Sequence record: DRR378314_2518
Length of the DNA stretch: 49,091 bases
Reading direction: 5' to 3' (one strand)
The position numbers and the translations under genes are program-made. Positions 1-10,128 of the stretch are shown here, piece after piece (within the stretch, counting starts at the first letter, position 1; each line of letters opens with the position of its first letter). The notes under the pieces were generated by a model. That model saw nothing but the letters and a program-made list of their open reading frames with translations. It was not told where the DNA came from and searched no databases.

Positions 1-59
1 GATAGAGTACCTGGCTACGAACCAGGCGGTTGGAGGTTCGAGTCCTCCCGAGCGCGCCA
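1..59 (+). tRNA. tRNA-Arg(ACG), 5'-truncated by the window edge
   Basis: Anticodon stem CCTGG/CCAGG (10-14/22-26) with loop CT-ACG-AA; T-arm GGAGG-TTCGAGT-CCTCC; encoded 3' CCA at 57-59. Confidence 0.95.
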
Positions 60-235
60 TTCTTTTTTATATCCCCTTAAATTATCTTCTTTGCTCATTA
101 GTCCCTTTGAATATTTTTTAATCTCATTTAAATCCTGAATACCCACTATTTACTGCTGTATCTCCTTGCGTGACTTGCTACCATGGTATTTAATAATTTT
201 ATAACAATACCTTAGCAACCAATCAGGAGTGCTTC

Positions 236-499
236 GTGTCAGAATTGCTCAGTCAAGCTGCGCAACTCATGCTGGTCGGTATGGGCGCAGTCATCATCTT
301 TCTTTGCTTACTGGTCGTTGCCATGAGCGTTATGAAACGCCTGATCCCAACACCAGAGCCTGTTGCCAGTACTCAGCCTTCAGTCGAAAGTAATAGCTCT
401 GATGCAGCAAGTCCTGCGGTACTGGCTGCAATTTCTGCTGCGGTACACCGTTATCGTCAAGGCAAAAAAGCAGCGAATAACAAGGAGAAATCACAATGA
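236..499 (+). CDS. oadG: Oxaloacetate decarboxylase Na+ pump gamma subunit
   Basis: GTG start after AGGAG; single N-terminal TM ([17 protein letters not shown]), Pro-rich linker, [11 protein letters not shown] motif; first gene before oadA/oadB. Confidence 0.9.
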   Translation: MSELLSQAAQLMLVGMGAVIIFLCLLVVAMSVMKRLIPTPEPVASTQPSVESNSSDAASPAVLAAISAAVHRYRQGKKAANNKEKSQ

Positions 500-2307
500 G
501 TAAACCCCTGTTACTAACAGAGTTGGTGCTTCGTGACGCACATCAGTCACTACTCGCAACGCGTATGCGTCTGGACGACATGCTTCCCATTGCTGAAAAG
601 CTCGACAGCATCGGCTACTGGTCAATGGAGTCCTGGGGTGGTGCGACTTTTGATTCTTGTATTCGCTACCTTGGTGAAGATCCCTGGGAACGCATTCGTG
701 AACTGAAAAAGGCTATGCCGAATACTCGTCAGCAAATGCTGCTTCGAGGGCAAAACTTGCTGGGATATAGGCATTACGCCGATGATGTGGTGAAGCGTTT
801 TGTCGAGCGTGCAAAAGAAAATGGTGTTGATGTTTTCCGTATTTTTGATGCGATGAACGATGTTCGAAATTTAAAAACAGCAATAAAAGCGGCAAAAGAC
901 GTTGATGGCCATGCGCAGGGCACTCTCGCTTACACTGTCAGCCCGGTTCATACCCTGGATAAATGGGTGGCAATGGCACAAGAATTGGAAGATTTAGGCT
1001 GTGACTCGTTATTCATTAAAGATATGGCTGGCTTGTTAAGGCCTAACGACGCCTATGAACTGGTTAGCGCGTTGAAGGAAAAGACGGACTTGCCAATTGC
1101 TATGCAGTGTCATGCAACAACGGGCTTAAGTGTGGCAACCTACCAAAAAGCCATTGATGCTGGTATCGATATGCTGGATACCGCCATTTCGTCAATGAGC
1201 ATGACTTACGGCCATTCGCCAACAGAAACCCTGGTTGCAATGACAGAGAATACCGACCGGGACACAGGCTTGTCATTACCTGACTTAGCTGAAGTGGCCA
1301 GCTATTTCCGCGACGTGCGTAAGAAGTACGCTAAGTTCGAAGGTTCTCTCAAAGGGGTTGATGCGCGTATTCTTCTGGCTCAGGTACCGGGAGGTATGCT
1401 GACCAATATGGAAGGGCAGTTAAAAGAGCAGGGCGCGCTGGATAAATTTGATGAAGTTTTAAAAGAGATTCCGAAGGTACGTGAAGACCTTGGATTTATC
1501 CCTTTGGTTACGCCAACCTCACAAATTGTTGGAACTCAGGCGGTTCTGAACGTGTTGAGCGGTGAACGTTACGAGAATATCTCTAAAGAAACGGAGGCGG
1601 TTCTGAAAGGCGAATATGGAGCAACTGCTGCTGAGGTTAATAAAGACCTACAGAAGCGCGTTCTGGACGGTGAAGAACCTATTACCTGTCGCCCGGCGGA
1701 TTTACTGGATAACGAACTGGATGCGCTGACCAAAGAGCTAAAAGATAAAGCGACAGATGAAGATATTCGTTTAGCGGACGATGTTGTTGATGATGTCTTA
1801 ACTTATGCACTGTTTCCGCAAATTGGGCTTAAATTCCTGAAGAACCGTGATAACCCGGATGCTTTTGAGCCGGTGCCTGGAGAAGAACCTGAAGAGCAAA
1901 CGGAATCTAAAGAGCAACAAGCTCCAAAGGCAACCGGAGATGTTGAGCAATACGAAGTTGAGGTTGAAGGTAAGCGTTATAATGTAAAAGTCGGCTCAGC
2001 GGGTCAGCTCGATTCTGTGAAGTCATCGTCCTCAGCTGAGTCTTCGCAATCATCACCTGAGTCATCGCAGCAATCATCTGGTGGATCAGGCGAGGGTGAA
2101 ACCATAAAAGCGCCATTAGCCGGTAATATTTTTAAAGTTGTAGCCAAAGAGGGCGCTGCGATTAAAGCCGGCGACGTTGTCTTAGTAATGGAAGCGATGA
2201 AAATGGAAACCGATATTAAAGCACCAAAAGACGGTACTGTTCAGTCTCTTCATGTAAAAGAAGGTGACGCAGTGACCGTGGGTGATGCTCTGGTGACGGT
2301 AGGCTAA
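496..2307 (+). CDS. oadA: Oxaloacetate decarboxylase alpha subunit
   Basis: [27 protein letters not shown] carboxyltransferase motifs; C-terminal biotin domain EAMKM. Confidence 0.97.
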   Translation: MSKPLLLTELVLRDAHQSLLATRMRLDDMLPIAEKLDSIGYWSMESWGGATFDSCIRYLGEDPWERIRELKKAMPNTRQQMLLRGQNLLGYRHYADDVVKRFVERAKENGVDVFRIFDAMNDVRNLKTAIKAAKDVDGHAQGTLAYTVSPVHTLDKWVAMAQELEDLGCDSLFIKDMAGLLRPNDAYELVSALKEKTDLPIAMQCHATTGLSVATYQKAIDAGIDMLDTAISSMSMTYGHSPTETLVAMTENTDRDTGLSLPDLAEVASYFRDVRKKYAKFEGSLKGVDARILLAQVPGGMLTNMEGQLKEQGALDKFDEVLKEIPKVREDLGFIPLVTPTSQIVGTQAVLNVLSGERYENISKETEAVLKGEYGATAAEVNKDLQKRVLDGEEPITCRPADLLDNELDALTKELKDKATDEDIRLADDVVDDVLTYALFPQIGLKFLKNRDNPDAFEPVPGEEPEEQTESKEQQAPKATGDVEQYEVEVEGKRYNVKVGSAGQLDSVKSSSSAESSQSSPESSQQSSGGSGEGETIKAPLAGNIFKVVAKEGAAIKAGDVVLVMEAMKMETDIKAPKDGTVQSLHVKEGDAVTVGDALVTVG

Positions 2308-2308
2308 T

Positions 2309-3436
2309 ATGGAAAAGCTGCAGATTTTATGGGAAACCACCGGCATTGCTGCAATGACATTCGGCCAGTTCAGCATGATTCTGGTGGGTGGGTTGTTGTT
2401 GTATTCGGCAATCTCAAAGAAATTTGAACCTCTATTACTATTACCTATTGGCTTTGGCGCAATACTGGCAAATATCCCCTTAGGTGGCTTCACGGAGCCA
2501 GGTGGAGTTCTTTATTACGTGTATAGCGTTGGTATCGACACCGGTGTGTTCCCTTTGCTTATTTTTATGGGAGTTGGGGCGTTAACCGATTTTGGTCCCT
2601 TGCTGGCAAACCCTAAAATGCTGTTTTTGGGTGGGGCGGCTCAGTTCGGTATCTTTGCTACCCTGTTTGGTGCTATTGCTCTGAATGGCATACCGGGCAT
2701 TGAGTTTTCGATGTCCGATGCGGCGGCTATTTCAATTATAGGCGGCGCTGATGGCCCCACGGCTATTTTCCTGGCGTCGAAGCTGGCACCAGACTTATTG
2801 GGAGCTATAGCTGTTGCAGCGTACTCATATATGGCGCTGGTGCCTATTATCCAGCCGCCAATAATGAAACTACTGACAACTCAGGCCGAGCGTGAGATTA
2901 AAATGGAGCAGTTACGGCCGGTAGCTCGTCGTGAGAAGCTTTTCTTCCCGCTAATAGCCATGGGGCTAACGCTATTATTTTTACCTTCAGCAACGCCTTT
3001 GGTTGGCATGTTCTGCCTGGGTAACTTAATGCGTGAATCGGGCGTGGTGGAACGCTTAACTAAAACCACTCAGAACGAGCTGATTAATATAGTGACCATC
3101 TTTCTCGGTTTGGCTGTGGGTTCTAAATTGCAGGCGGAGCAATTTCTCAGCTTCCAAACGCTGGGCATTTTGGTATTAGGTGCCGTTGCATTTGCCATAG
3201 GAACTGCCAGTGGTATTTTAATGGCGAAATTAATGGGTAAATTCAGCAAAGACCCGATTAACCCGTTAATTGGTGCTGCTGGAGTATCCGCTGTACCTAT
3301 GGCAGCACGGGTGGTTAATAAGGTTGGTTTACAGGCTAATCAGCAAAATTTCCTGTTAATGCATGCGATGGGACCTAACGTAGCCGGAGTATTAGGCTCA
3401 GCAGTTGCAGCGGGGGTTTTACTGGCATTGGTTTAA
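2309..3436 (+). CDS. oadB: Oxaloacetate decarboxylase beta subunit (Na+-translocating)
   Basis: [44 protein letters not shown] motifs; polytopic membrane protein. Confidence 0.97.
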   Translation: MEKLQILWETTGIAAMTFGQFSMILVGGLLLYSAISKKFEPLLLLPIGFGAILANIPLGGFTEPGGVLYYVYSVGIDTGVFPLLIFMGVGALTDFGPLLANPKMLFLGGAAQFGIFATLFGAIALNGIPGIEFSMSDAAAISIIGGADGPTAIFLASKLAPDLLGAIAVAAYSYMALVPIIQPPIMKLLTTQAEREIKMEQLRPVARREKLFFPLIAMGLTLLFLPSATPLVGMFCLGNLMRESGVVERLTKTTQNELINIVTIFLGLAVGSKLQAEQFLSFQTLGILVLGAVAFAIGTASGILMAKLMGKFSKDPINPLIGAAGVSAVPMAARVVNKVGLQANQQNFLLMHAMGPNVAGVLGSAVAAGVLLALV

Positions 3437-3606
3437 CGTCCGGCCAGAAACATCATCGCCGTGTAAAAAGCGGCGATGACAGCGCTTATCACCGCAATAT
3501 ACACAAAGCCTTTGTAACCTTGTTTGATACTCCAGCCATTAGCGCGTAAATACAGCAACCAAATCAGACTGAGCAGCAGCGGAATAATAAAAAAATAGCG
3601 GATCAT
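3433..3606 (-). CDS. 57-aa small membrane protein, not in the ORF track ([57 protein letters not shown])
   Basis: ATG preceded by AAGGAA, which overlaps the kinase stop; two hydrophobic segments; fills the whole gap; stop overlaps the oadB stop by 4 nt. Confidence 0.8.
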   Translation of the reverse strand: MIRYFFIIPLLLSLIWLLYLRANGWSIKQGYKGFVYIAVISAVIAAFYTAMMFLAGR

Positions 3607-3615
3607 AGTAATTCC

Positions 3616-6216
3616 TTAAGACTGATGTTGTTGAATGGCTTCTAAGTCTACAGCGGCTTGATGTGCGTAGCGTAAACGTTTTTCCAGCTCAGTGATCTGG
3701 TCAGCAACTTTATCAATATTACCTTCTGCCATAAATTGCTCTAAGTCGGCGGCCTTGCTTTGTAACTGAGTAAAGCCTAAATTCGCGGCGGCTCCTTTTA
3801 ATGAATGGAAGTAGCGGCGTGCACTTTCATGCTGGCCCCGGGTAATAAAGTCAGAGACTTTAGTAGCGCTACCCTGGTAGGTTTCATACAGCTGCTCTAC
3901 TAATTTCAGATAAAGCTCAACATTGTACTGTAAGCGTTTTAATGCCGTTTCAAACTCAATGCCCTTCACTTGTGGAATACGAACCGGCGGTTTATTAACC
4001 TCATCCTGTTTAGATTCTGGTGGTACTTCTGGTTGTTGGTTATTGGTGTAGTCACCCGGGACCGCCCATTTAATAATGGCTTTAATCAGTTGTTGTTCAT
4101 CAATTGGCTTAGCAATATGTCCTTGCATACCCGCGGCAAGTGAACGCTCCTCGTCGCCACTCATCGCATTGGCCGTCATTGCCAGAATAGGAAGCTGCTG
4201 ATAATTGAAGTCGGCGCGGATTGTTTGCGCAGCTTTCAGCCCGTCCATGACCGGCATTTGAATGTCCATTAATACCAGCGAATAATTTTTGTTATGAACG
4301 GCTTCTACTGCTAGCTGTCCATTTTCCACTATATCCACTTTAAACTTGTGGCTTGAGAGAATTTCTCTGGCGACTTGCTGATTAATCTCATTGTCCTCTA
4401 CCACCAAAATAGGCGCTCGCAAAATACTTTCCGGGATGCCGTCACCACTGTCAGCATCGTCCGCATCGGAGAGCTCTCGCTGAAATAATGTTGAGGTCAG
4501 GCTTCTACCTAATGTTGACGCGGTAAAGGGTTTTGAAATGATGTCATTGACGCCTGCTTGTTTCGCCTTTTCTGATAATTCTTCAGCGTAATATCCCGTT
4601 GCCAGAGTCATTTTCGGCCGAATGTCTTCTGCATAACGTTCGGTTATCTTCTGGCAAAATTCCAGACCATCCATACCCGGCAAACGCCAGTCAACCAAAA
4701 CCAGTTGATAAGGATTGTTGTCCTCGACAGACAGCTGAAACACTTGCAGAGCTTGTTCAGCTGTGCGACAAACTTTTACGTCAACCTGATAGCTGCGCAG
4801 CATTTCATAGAGCATTTCGCGGGTACTTAAGTTGTCATCTATGGCGAGAATTCGAACACCTTTAAGTTTCTGCAAAAGATATTGATGATGACTGTTGTCC
4901 TGCTCTGTCTGTAACGGCAGCTCTACTTCGATATAAAATGTAGAGCCCTGACCGGCGGCGCTGGTTACGCCGATATCGCCGCCCATTAATAAAATAAGAC
5001 GTCGGGAAATGGCTAAGCCAAGGCCGGTACCTCCATACTTACGGGTTGTAGAAGTATCTGCCTGAGTAAAGGCTTTAAAGAGGTTGGCGCGCTGTTCTTC
5101 GTCCATACCAATACCGGTATCGGTAACCGATATCCGTAGTAAAACATTATCCCGGGAACTGTCCAGCAGGTTAACGGCAACATTGATTTCACCGTCTTCG
5201 GTAAACTTAATAGCATTACTAATTAGGTTAACCAGTACCTGATTTAAGCGCAGTGGGTCACCAATTAAACGCGTTGGTATATTGGCCGGTAAGTTAATAA
5301 TAAACTCGAGGTCTTTATCGTAAGCCCGGTACGCAAACATATCCGCCAGTGAGGTCAATACGTCCTGCAAGTCGAAAGGAATGCGCTCGACAGTTAACTT
5401 ACCCGCGTCAATTTTCGAAAAATCGAGAATGTCATTAATAACCCCCAGTAGAGCCTGTGAAGAGGAGTCGATGACTTTGATGTAGCGTTTTTGTTTTTGC
5501 GTAAGTTCGGTTTTCAAGCAAAGGTTTGCCATACCGACGATAGCGTTAATTGGTGTGCGAATTTCATGGCTCATATTCGCCAGAAACTCACCTTTTGACT
5601 GATTAGCACGTTCGGCGGTTTCTTTGGCTTTTTCCATTTCTTCAGCGACCGATTTAATACCGGATATATCGTAGTAGCTACCGAGGATACCGATAATATT
5701 ATGGTCGTCGTCGTAAAGTGGAACACTGGAATGCTCGACCCATTGACTCTTACCACCCACTTTTAGTTCGATTTCTGCATTAACGGAAGGTGCCTGCTGA
5801 CTAAAGGTTTTTCTGTCGCGCTCCAGTAATACGTCATTACTGGCAAGGGAATCGATTTCAGCATCCGTTTTACCGGCCAGAGACTCAGGATCAATACCAA
5901 AGTCATTGGCAAAAGCGCGGTTTCCCCCTAAAAGTTTTAACTCAGGATCGCGCCAGTAAACCCGGGTTGGCAGGTCATTAAAAACTTGTTCAAACAGTTG
6001 TAACGAGTCTGACGATAAAAAGGGTTGCCGAAAAGGCGCAGTCAGTGCGTTACGTCGGGACCACCACCAAATGACAATGCCAATAATTAAACTGAACAGA
6101 ATCATCGCGACTAATACAGTGTCACTCCAGGGGGCAGGTAACAGGGCATATAACGCAAGACTGGTTACCTGAAGAATGACAAAAATGAGCTGTAAAAAAG
6201 TCCAGAATGAATTCAT
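3616..6216 (-). CDS. Hybrid (unorthodox) sensor histidine kinase: 2 TM-PAS-HisKA-HATPase-REC-REC-Hpt
   Basis: H-box [13 protein letters not shown]-box [22 protein letters not shown]; receivers [10 protein letters not shown] and [10 protein letters not shown]; Hpt [12 protein letters not shown]. Confidence 0.93.
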   Translation of the reverse strand: MNSFWTFLQLIFVILQVTSLALYALLPAPWSDTVLVAMILFSLIIGIVIWWWSRRNALTAPFRQPFLSSDSLQLFEQVFNDLPTRVYWRDPELKLLGGNRAFANDFGIDPESLAGKTDAEIDSLASNDVLLERDRKTFSQQAPSVNAEIELKVGGKSQWVEHSSVPLYDDDHNIIGILGSYYDISGIKSVAEEMEKAKETAERANQSKGEFLANMSHEIRTPINAIVGMANLCLKTELTQKQKRYIKVIDSSSQALLGVINDILDFSKIDAGKLTVERIPFDLQDVLTSLADMFAYRAYDKDLEFIINLPANIPTRLIGDPLRLNQVLVNLISNAIKFTEDGEINVAVNLLDSSRDNVLLRISVTDTGIGMDEEQRANLFKAFTQADTSTTRKYGGTGLGLAISRRLILLMGGDIGVTSAAGQGSTFYIEVELPLQTEQDNSHHQYLLQKLKGVRILAIDDNLSTREMLYEMLRSYQVDVKVCRTAEQALQVFQLSVEDNNPYQLVLVDWRLPGMDGLEFCQKITERYAEDIRPKMTLATGYYAEELSEKAKQAGVNDIISKPFTASTLGRSLTSTLFQRELSDADDADSGDGIPESILRAPILVVEDNEINQQVAREILSSHKFKVDIVENGQLAVEAVHNKNYSLVLMDIQMPVMDGLKAAQTIRADFNYQQLPILAMTANAMSGDEERSLAAGMQGHIAKPIDEQQLIKAIIKWAVPGDYTNNQQPEVPPESKQDEVNKPPVRIPQVKGIEFETALKRLQYNVELYLKLVEQLYETYQGSATKVSDFITRGQHESARRYFHSLKGAAANLGFTQLQSKAADLEQFMAEGNIDKVADQITELEKRLRYAHQAAVDLEAIQQHQS

Positions 6217-6384
6217 GGTTGATCCGTAACCGAAAGGTTAGATAAACAGTAGCTAGTCTGCCACGTTGAGCCGTAATCGCCAAGTTATGTGGTCAAATTA
6301 AGGGTGACAACCATAGACCTTTTAGCGAATTACCAGTAAGCTTAGCGGCAGAAAACCTTCCGTCTCAGTGAATGGAGTTGTCTT

Positions 6385-7998
6385 TTGCAAGCAACATTTC
6401 AAGCAGTTATCGAAAAGCTTAAGCAATCGGGTAAAACAGCAGTTTGGCAGGGCATTAAGCGTGGTATTGAACGTGAAGCTTTGCGAATAAAAGAAAATGG
6501 AACGCTGGCGCCGGGTGACCATCCCCAGGAACTGGGAAAAACCCTGACCCATCCAACCATTACAACCGATTACTCAGAAAACCTACTTGAGTTCATTACT
6601 CCAGTTGCCTCCGATATTGACACAACGCTGTCACAACTCCGGGATATTCATCGGGTGGCTTATAACGCCATTAATGACGAGTTGCTGTGGCCTATGAGCA
6701 TGCCTTGCTACATTGGCTCAGATGACGATATTCGTATCGCTAAATATGGTGACTCGCACTCGGGACGTATGAAAAGCCTTTACCGTCGGGGATTAACCTA
6801 TCGCTATGGCGCTACCATGCAGGTTATTGCCGGGGTGCATTACAATTTTTCTGTGTCCGATGCGATGTGGGAAGAATTAGCGGAGATTGAAGGCGTTAGC
6901 AATAACCAGAGCTTCCGTACGGAACGCTATTTCGCTCTCATTCGCAACTTTAAACGCGTTGCCTGGGTTATTCCGTATTTGTTTGGCGCTTCACCTGCTT
7001 TGTGTAAATCGTTTTTCAGTCAGACAAAAAACGAAGAGATTCTGCAGAAGTGGGATTTTGATACGGTAGGTAAAGGCACGGTATTTTTGCCTTATGGTAC
7101 GTCGTTGCGAATGAGCGACTTAGGTTATACCAATAAAGAACAGGCAACGCTGAAAATCACGTATAACTCATTGGATGAGTATGTGACAGGCCTGCGTCGC
7201 GCAATTACAACTCCTTCTACACAGTTTTCGAAAATCGGTGTAAAAGTGGGCGACGATTATCGTCAGCTTAACGATAATATTCTGCAGATAGAGAATGAAT
7301 TTTACTCGCCAATTCGTCCTAAACAGACAGCACGCGATGGTGAAACGCCAAGCCAGGCTCTAGAGCGGGGCGGAGTAGAATATGTCGAAATTCGCGCGCT
7401 GGACGTGAACCCGTTTAGCGATGTTGGTATCACAGCACAACAAATGCACTTTCTGGACTTAATGCTTCTGCATTGTTTATTACAGCCAAGCGAAGAAATG
7501 AGCTGGGAACAGCAGCAGCAAGCCGATAAGAACTTTACTAAAGTGGTTATGCAGGGGCGTAATCCGCGCCTAAGCTTGCAGCAAAACGGCATTGACCGCC
7601 TAATGGCTGACTGGCTGGAAGAACTGTTTGCAGATTTCTCTTCAATTGCTAAAGCACTGGATAACAGTTCAGGCAATAAAGTGTATCAGAATCATTTAGC
7701 GGATTTGTACGAGTGGGTATTAAATCCGGAAAGTACGTTATCGGGCCAAATTTTACGGTTGCTCAAAGAAGAAGACCGCGATAACAGTAATTTGGGTATG
7801 CAGTTGGCTAAGCAATACCGTGAGCAATTGAAAAATGAGCCGCTCAGTTACTACAAACAAGATGACTTTGTTAAATGGGCGGCCGAATCAGAGCAAGCGT
7901 TTGAAGAACGTTATCAGCAAGACAATAACGTTGACTTTGATACGTTTCTGGCAAATTATTTCAAACAGGCGGAACGCTCTGGCCAGGTAGCTGACTGA
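6385..7998 (+). CDS. gshA: Glutamate--cysteine ligase
   Basis: RGIEREALR, ITTDYSENLLEFITP, TSLRMSDLGY, LQIENEFYSPIRPK, GVEYVEIRALD; TTG start after GGAG. Confidence 0.96.
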   Translation: MQATFQAVIEKLKQSGKTAVWQGIKRGIEREALRIKENGTLAPGDHPQELGKTLTHPTITTDYSENLLEFITPVASDIDTTLSQLRDIHRVAYNAINDELLWPMSMPCYIGSDDDIRIAKYGDSHSGRMKSLYRRGLTYRYGATMQVIAGVHYNFSVSDAMWEELAEIEGVSNNQSFRTERYFALIRNFKRVAWVIPYLFGASPALCKSFFSQTKNEEILQKWDFDTVGKGTVFLPYGTSLRMSDLGYTNKEQATLKITYNSLDEYVTGLRRAITTPSTQFSKIGVKVGDDYRQLNDNILQIENEFYSPIRPKQTARDGETPSQALERGGVEYVEIRALDVNPFSDVGITAQQMHFLDLMLLHCLLQPSEEMSWEQQQQADKNFTKVVMQGRNPRLSLQQNGIDRLMADWLEELFADFSSIAKALDNSSGNKVYQNHLADLYEWVLNPESTLSGQILRLLKEEDRDNSNLGMQLAKQYREQLKNEPLSYYKQDDFVKWAAESEQAFEERYQQDNNVDFDTFLANYFKQAERSGQVAD

Positions 7999-8005
7999 TA
8001 AACAT

Positions 8006-8036
8006 AAAAAAACGCAGCCCAAATTTGGACTGCGTT
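8006..8036 (-). terminator. Intrinsic terminator oriented for minus-strand transcription
   Basis: Minus strand AACGCAGUCCA-AAUU-UGGGCUGCGUU ending in a U7 tract; the stem has a G-U pair on the minus strand but a C-A mismatch and no U tract on the plus strand. Confidence 0.8.
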
Positions 8037-8092
8037 CAATAAAACGTTCAGGGGATGAACATGAATGCATTTATCAGCTACAACATGTGTTC
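8006..8092 (-). ncRNA. Candidate sigmaE-dependent, MicA-like small RNA (ends approximate)
   Basis: Minus-strand sigmaE-type promoter upstream and minus-strand intrinsic terminator downstream, with no credible minus-strand gene between them; UUCAUCCCCUGAA core; convergent with gshA as micA is in enterobacteria. Confidence 0.65.
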
Positions 8093-8098
8093 AATTAC

Positions 8099-8125
8099 TG
8101 AGAGTTTAACGAGTGAATAAAGTTC
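8099..8125 (-). promoter_or_regulatory. sigmaE (RpoE)-type promoter
   Basis: Minus strand GAACTT (8125-8120), 16-nt spacer, TCTCA (8103-8099); compare consensus GAACTT-N16-TCTGA/TCAAA. Confidence 0.7.
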
Positions 8126-8126
8126 A

Positions 8127-8765
8127 ATGGCGATAAAACTTTTTTTTCCTATTCAACCGAAAGTACTGGTAAGTGCTTTGTTCGTAGCGACGCTCAGTGG
8201 TTGTGCAACGCCACCGCCGGCAAACCCTGAAAATGTCTGTCATATTTTTGAAGAACACCGAGACTGGTATCATGCGGCCGCCGATGTGCGTGAACGCTGG
8301 GGCGTGCCTATTCATGTGCCAATGGCGATGATGTATCAGGAGAGTTCCTTCAAGCATAATGCTTTGCCGCCCAGAGACTACCTTTTAGGTTTTATTCCAT
8401 GGGGTCGGGTGAGTTCGGCTTACGGTTACTCGCAGGCGAAAACGATGACCTGGGAAGATTACCAGCGTGAAACGGGTAACGGTTGGGCCAGTCGCGATGA
8501 CTTTGAAGATGCAATTGATTTTATGGGTTGGTTTATAGCAAAAACCTATAAAATTAATGGGGTATCGAAATGGGACGCCTACGGACAATATCTTAACTAT
8601 CATGAAGGCTGGGGTGGCTATCAGCGTAAGTCTTATTTAAAGAAACCCTGGCTGGTAAAAGTATCTAGGGTTGTAAAAAGCCGCTCTATGACATACGCCG
8701 CGCAATTGAATAAGTGTGAGGAAGATTTAAAGCACGGCTGGCTATGGCGTTTATTTTTCGGTTAG
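8127..8765 (+). CDS. Lipoprotein with transglycosylase SLT-like domain
   Basis: Lipobox LSGC; MYQESSF catalytic-Glu-like motif, SSAYGYSQA, YLNYHEGWGGY; start codon uncertain. Confidence 0.8.
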   Translation: MAIKLFFPIQPKVLVSALFVATLSGCATPPPANPENVCHIFEEHRDWYHAAADVRERWGVPIHVPMAMMYQESSFKHNALPPRDYLLGFIPWGRVSSAYGYSQAKTMTWEDYQRETGNGWASRDDFEDAIDFMGWFIAKTYKINGVSKWDAYGQYLNYHEGWGGYQRKSYLKKPWLVKVSRVVKSRSMTYAAQLNKCEEDLKHGWLWRLFFG

Positions 8766-10060
8766 TCATTGGTCTGGTTATCGGGTTTTTGGTAGAGCTC
8801 AGGAAACACTCTAATTTGTTTTATCATGGTGTCACCAATTTCAACAAGCTCTACCGGATAACCGCCTAAACGCAGCGACAACCGGGCATCAGGAATATCT
8901 CCGAACTGTTCAATAATAAGACCGCTTAAGGTTTTTGGGCCATCAGTCGGAAAATCCCAATTCATTTCTTTATTCAATTCGCGCAAGTTAGCTGAACCGT
9001 CGACTAAAAAGCTGCCGTCAGTTTCCAGTGTGACAGATTCGCTGGGAGCCGGCGCCATAGAAGTCGTGAAGTCACCAACAATTTCTTCCAGAATATCTTC
9101 CAGAGTAACGAGTCCCTGAATGTCGCCGTATTCGTCAACAACCAGTCCGATACGTTCTTTACGACGCTGGAATTTTAGTAGCTGCACATTTAATGGTGTG
9201 CCTTCGGGAATAAAATAACTGTCCCGCGCAGCACGCACTAAAATGGACTTATCCGCAGTAAACTGATTTTTACTCATCAGGCGCATGATATCGCGTGCAT
9301 GCAAAAAGCCGATAGCGTCATCTATTTCATTACGATAAAGCAGTACGCGGGTGTGTTGACCATTTGACAGTTGCTTAACAATAGACTTCCAGTCGTCACT
9401 AATATCGATGCCAACGATTTCATTACGGGGCACCATGACGTCTTCTACCGTAACTTTCTCGAGGTCCAGAATGCTGACCAGCATTTCCTGGTGCGAAGTC
9501 GGAATTAAATTCCCTGCTTCATTTACTACTGTACGCAGCTCGTCGGAGCTTAACGCGTCAGCCATTTGTGACTGCTTGGGGTTAACTCCCAGCAGGCGCA
9601 TGAAAGAATTGGTGATGAAGTTCATACCAATAACGATAGGGTACATGACCTTTAGCAAAGGCATCAAAATTAAGGAGCTGGGAAAAGAAATGCGCTCCGG
9701 ATGCAGTGCTGCAATGGTTTTCGGCGTAACTTCAGAAAAAATCAGAATAATTAAGGTTAAACCAAAAGTAGCTATTACTATTCCAGCGTCACCGAACCAG
9801 CGCAGACAAAGGATAGTTGCGATAGCCGATGCACCAATGTTGACCAGATTATTGCCAATAAGGATAAGGCCAATTAACCGATCGGGACGATCAAGCAGGT
9901 ACTGGACACGCTTAGCTCCGGGGTGATTGTTTTGTACCAGATGGCGCAGACGGTACCGGTTGATAGACATCATGCCAGTTTCGGAGCCAGAGAAGTATGC
10001 GGATAAAAGTAACAGTACGGCTAAAATCACGAGCAACATGCTCGTTGATATCTCGTCCAA
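8762..10060 (-). CDS. yfjD: HlyC/CorC (CNNM; DUF21-CBS-CorC) family membrane protein
   Basis: SAYFSGSETG, ILIGNNLVN, FSEVTPK, VDEYGDIQGLVTLEDILEEIVG; TTG start; paired with ypjD next to ffh. Confidence 0.9.
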   Translation of the reverse strand: MDEISTSMLLVILAVLLLLSAYFSGSETGMMSINRYRLRHLVQNNHPGAKRVQYLLDRPDRLIGLILIGNNLVNIGASAIATILCLRWFGDAGIVIATFGLTLIILIFSEVTPKTIAALHPERISFPSSLILMPLLKVMYPIVIGMNFITNSFMRLLGVNPKQSQMADALSSDELRTVVNEAGNLIPTSHQEMLVSILDLEKVTVEDVMVPRNEIVGIDISDDWKSIVKQLSNGQHTRVLLYRNEIDDAIGFLHARDIMRLMSKNQFTADKSILVRAARDSYFIPEGTPLNVQLLKFQRRKERIGLVVDEYGDIQGLVTLEDILEEIVGDFTTSMAPAPSESVTLETDGSFLVDGSANLRELNKEMNWDFPTDGPKTLSGLIIEQFGDIPDARLSLRLGGYPVELVEIGDTMIKQIRVFPELYQKPDNQTND

Positions 10061-10128
10061 CGGTTTATTCCTTAATTATACTGTGAATGTGACAATGTAG
10101 AGTTCTCAGCTATGAAGTCAAGTGTCAT

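Noticed and set aside
60-235. AT-rich segment after tRNA-Arg as a possible integration site or island
   Set aside because: No integrase and no noticed duplicate of the tRNA 3' end; oadGAB after this tRNA cluster is an ordinary gene order.
2020-2100. Imperfect repeats (AGTCATCG/CAATCATC) in oadA
   Set aside because: They encode the low-complexity Ser/Gln/Glu linker before the biotin domain; not an array or mobile repeat.
6248-6265. Possible sigma54 site (TGGCAG) upstream of the hybrid kinase
   Set aside because: No GC at the -12 position.
7888-8070. Minus-strand 60-aa ORF in the track starting inside the candidate sRNA
   Set aside because: No RBS; it crosses the minus-strand terminator and runs antisense into gshA.
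8061-8120. Plus-strand 19-codon ORF (MNAFISYNMCSITESLTSE) with an AGGGG SD-like run
   Set aside because: It is the expected mirror image of an anti-SD/anti-AUG sRNA core; promoter and terminator polarity favour the minus-strand RNA. Not fully excluded without ribosome profiling.
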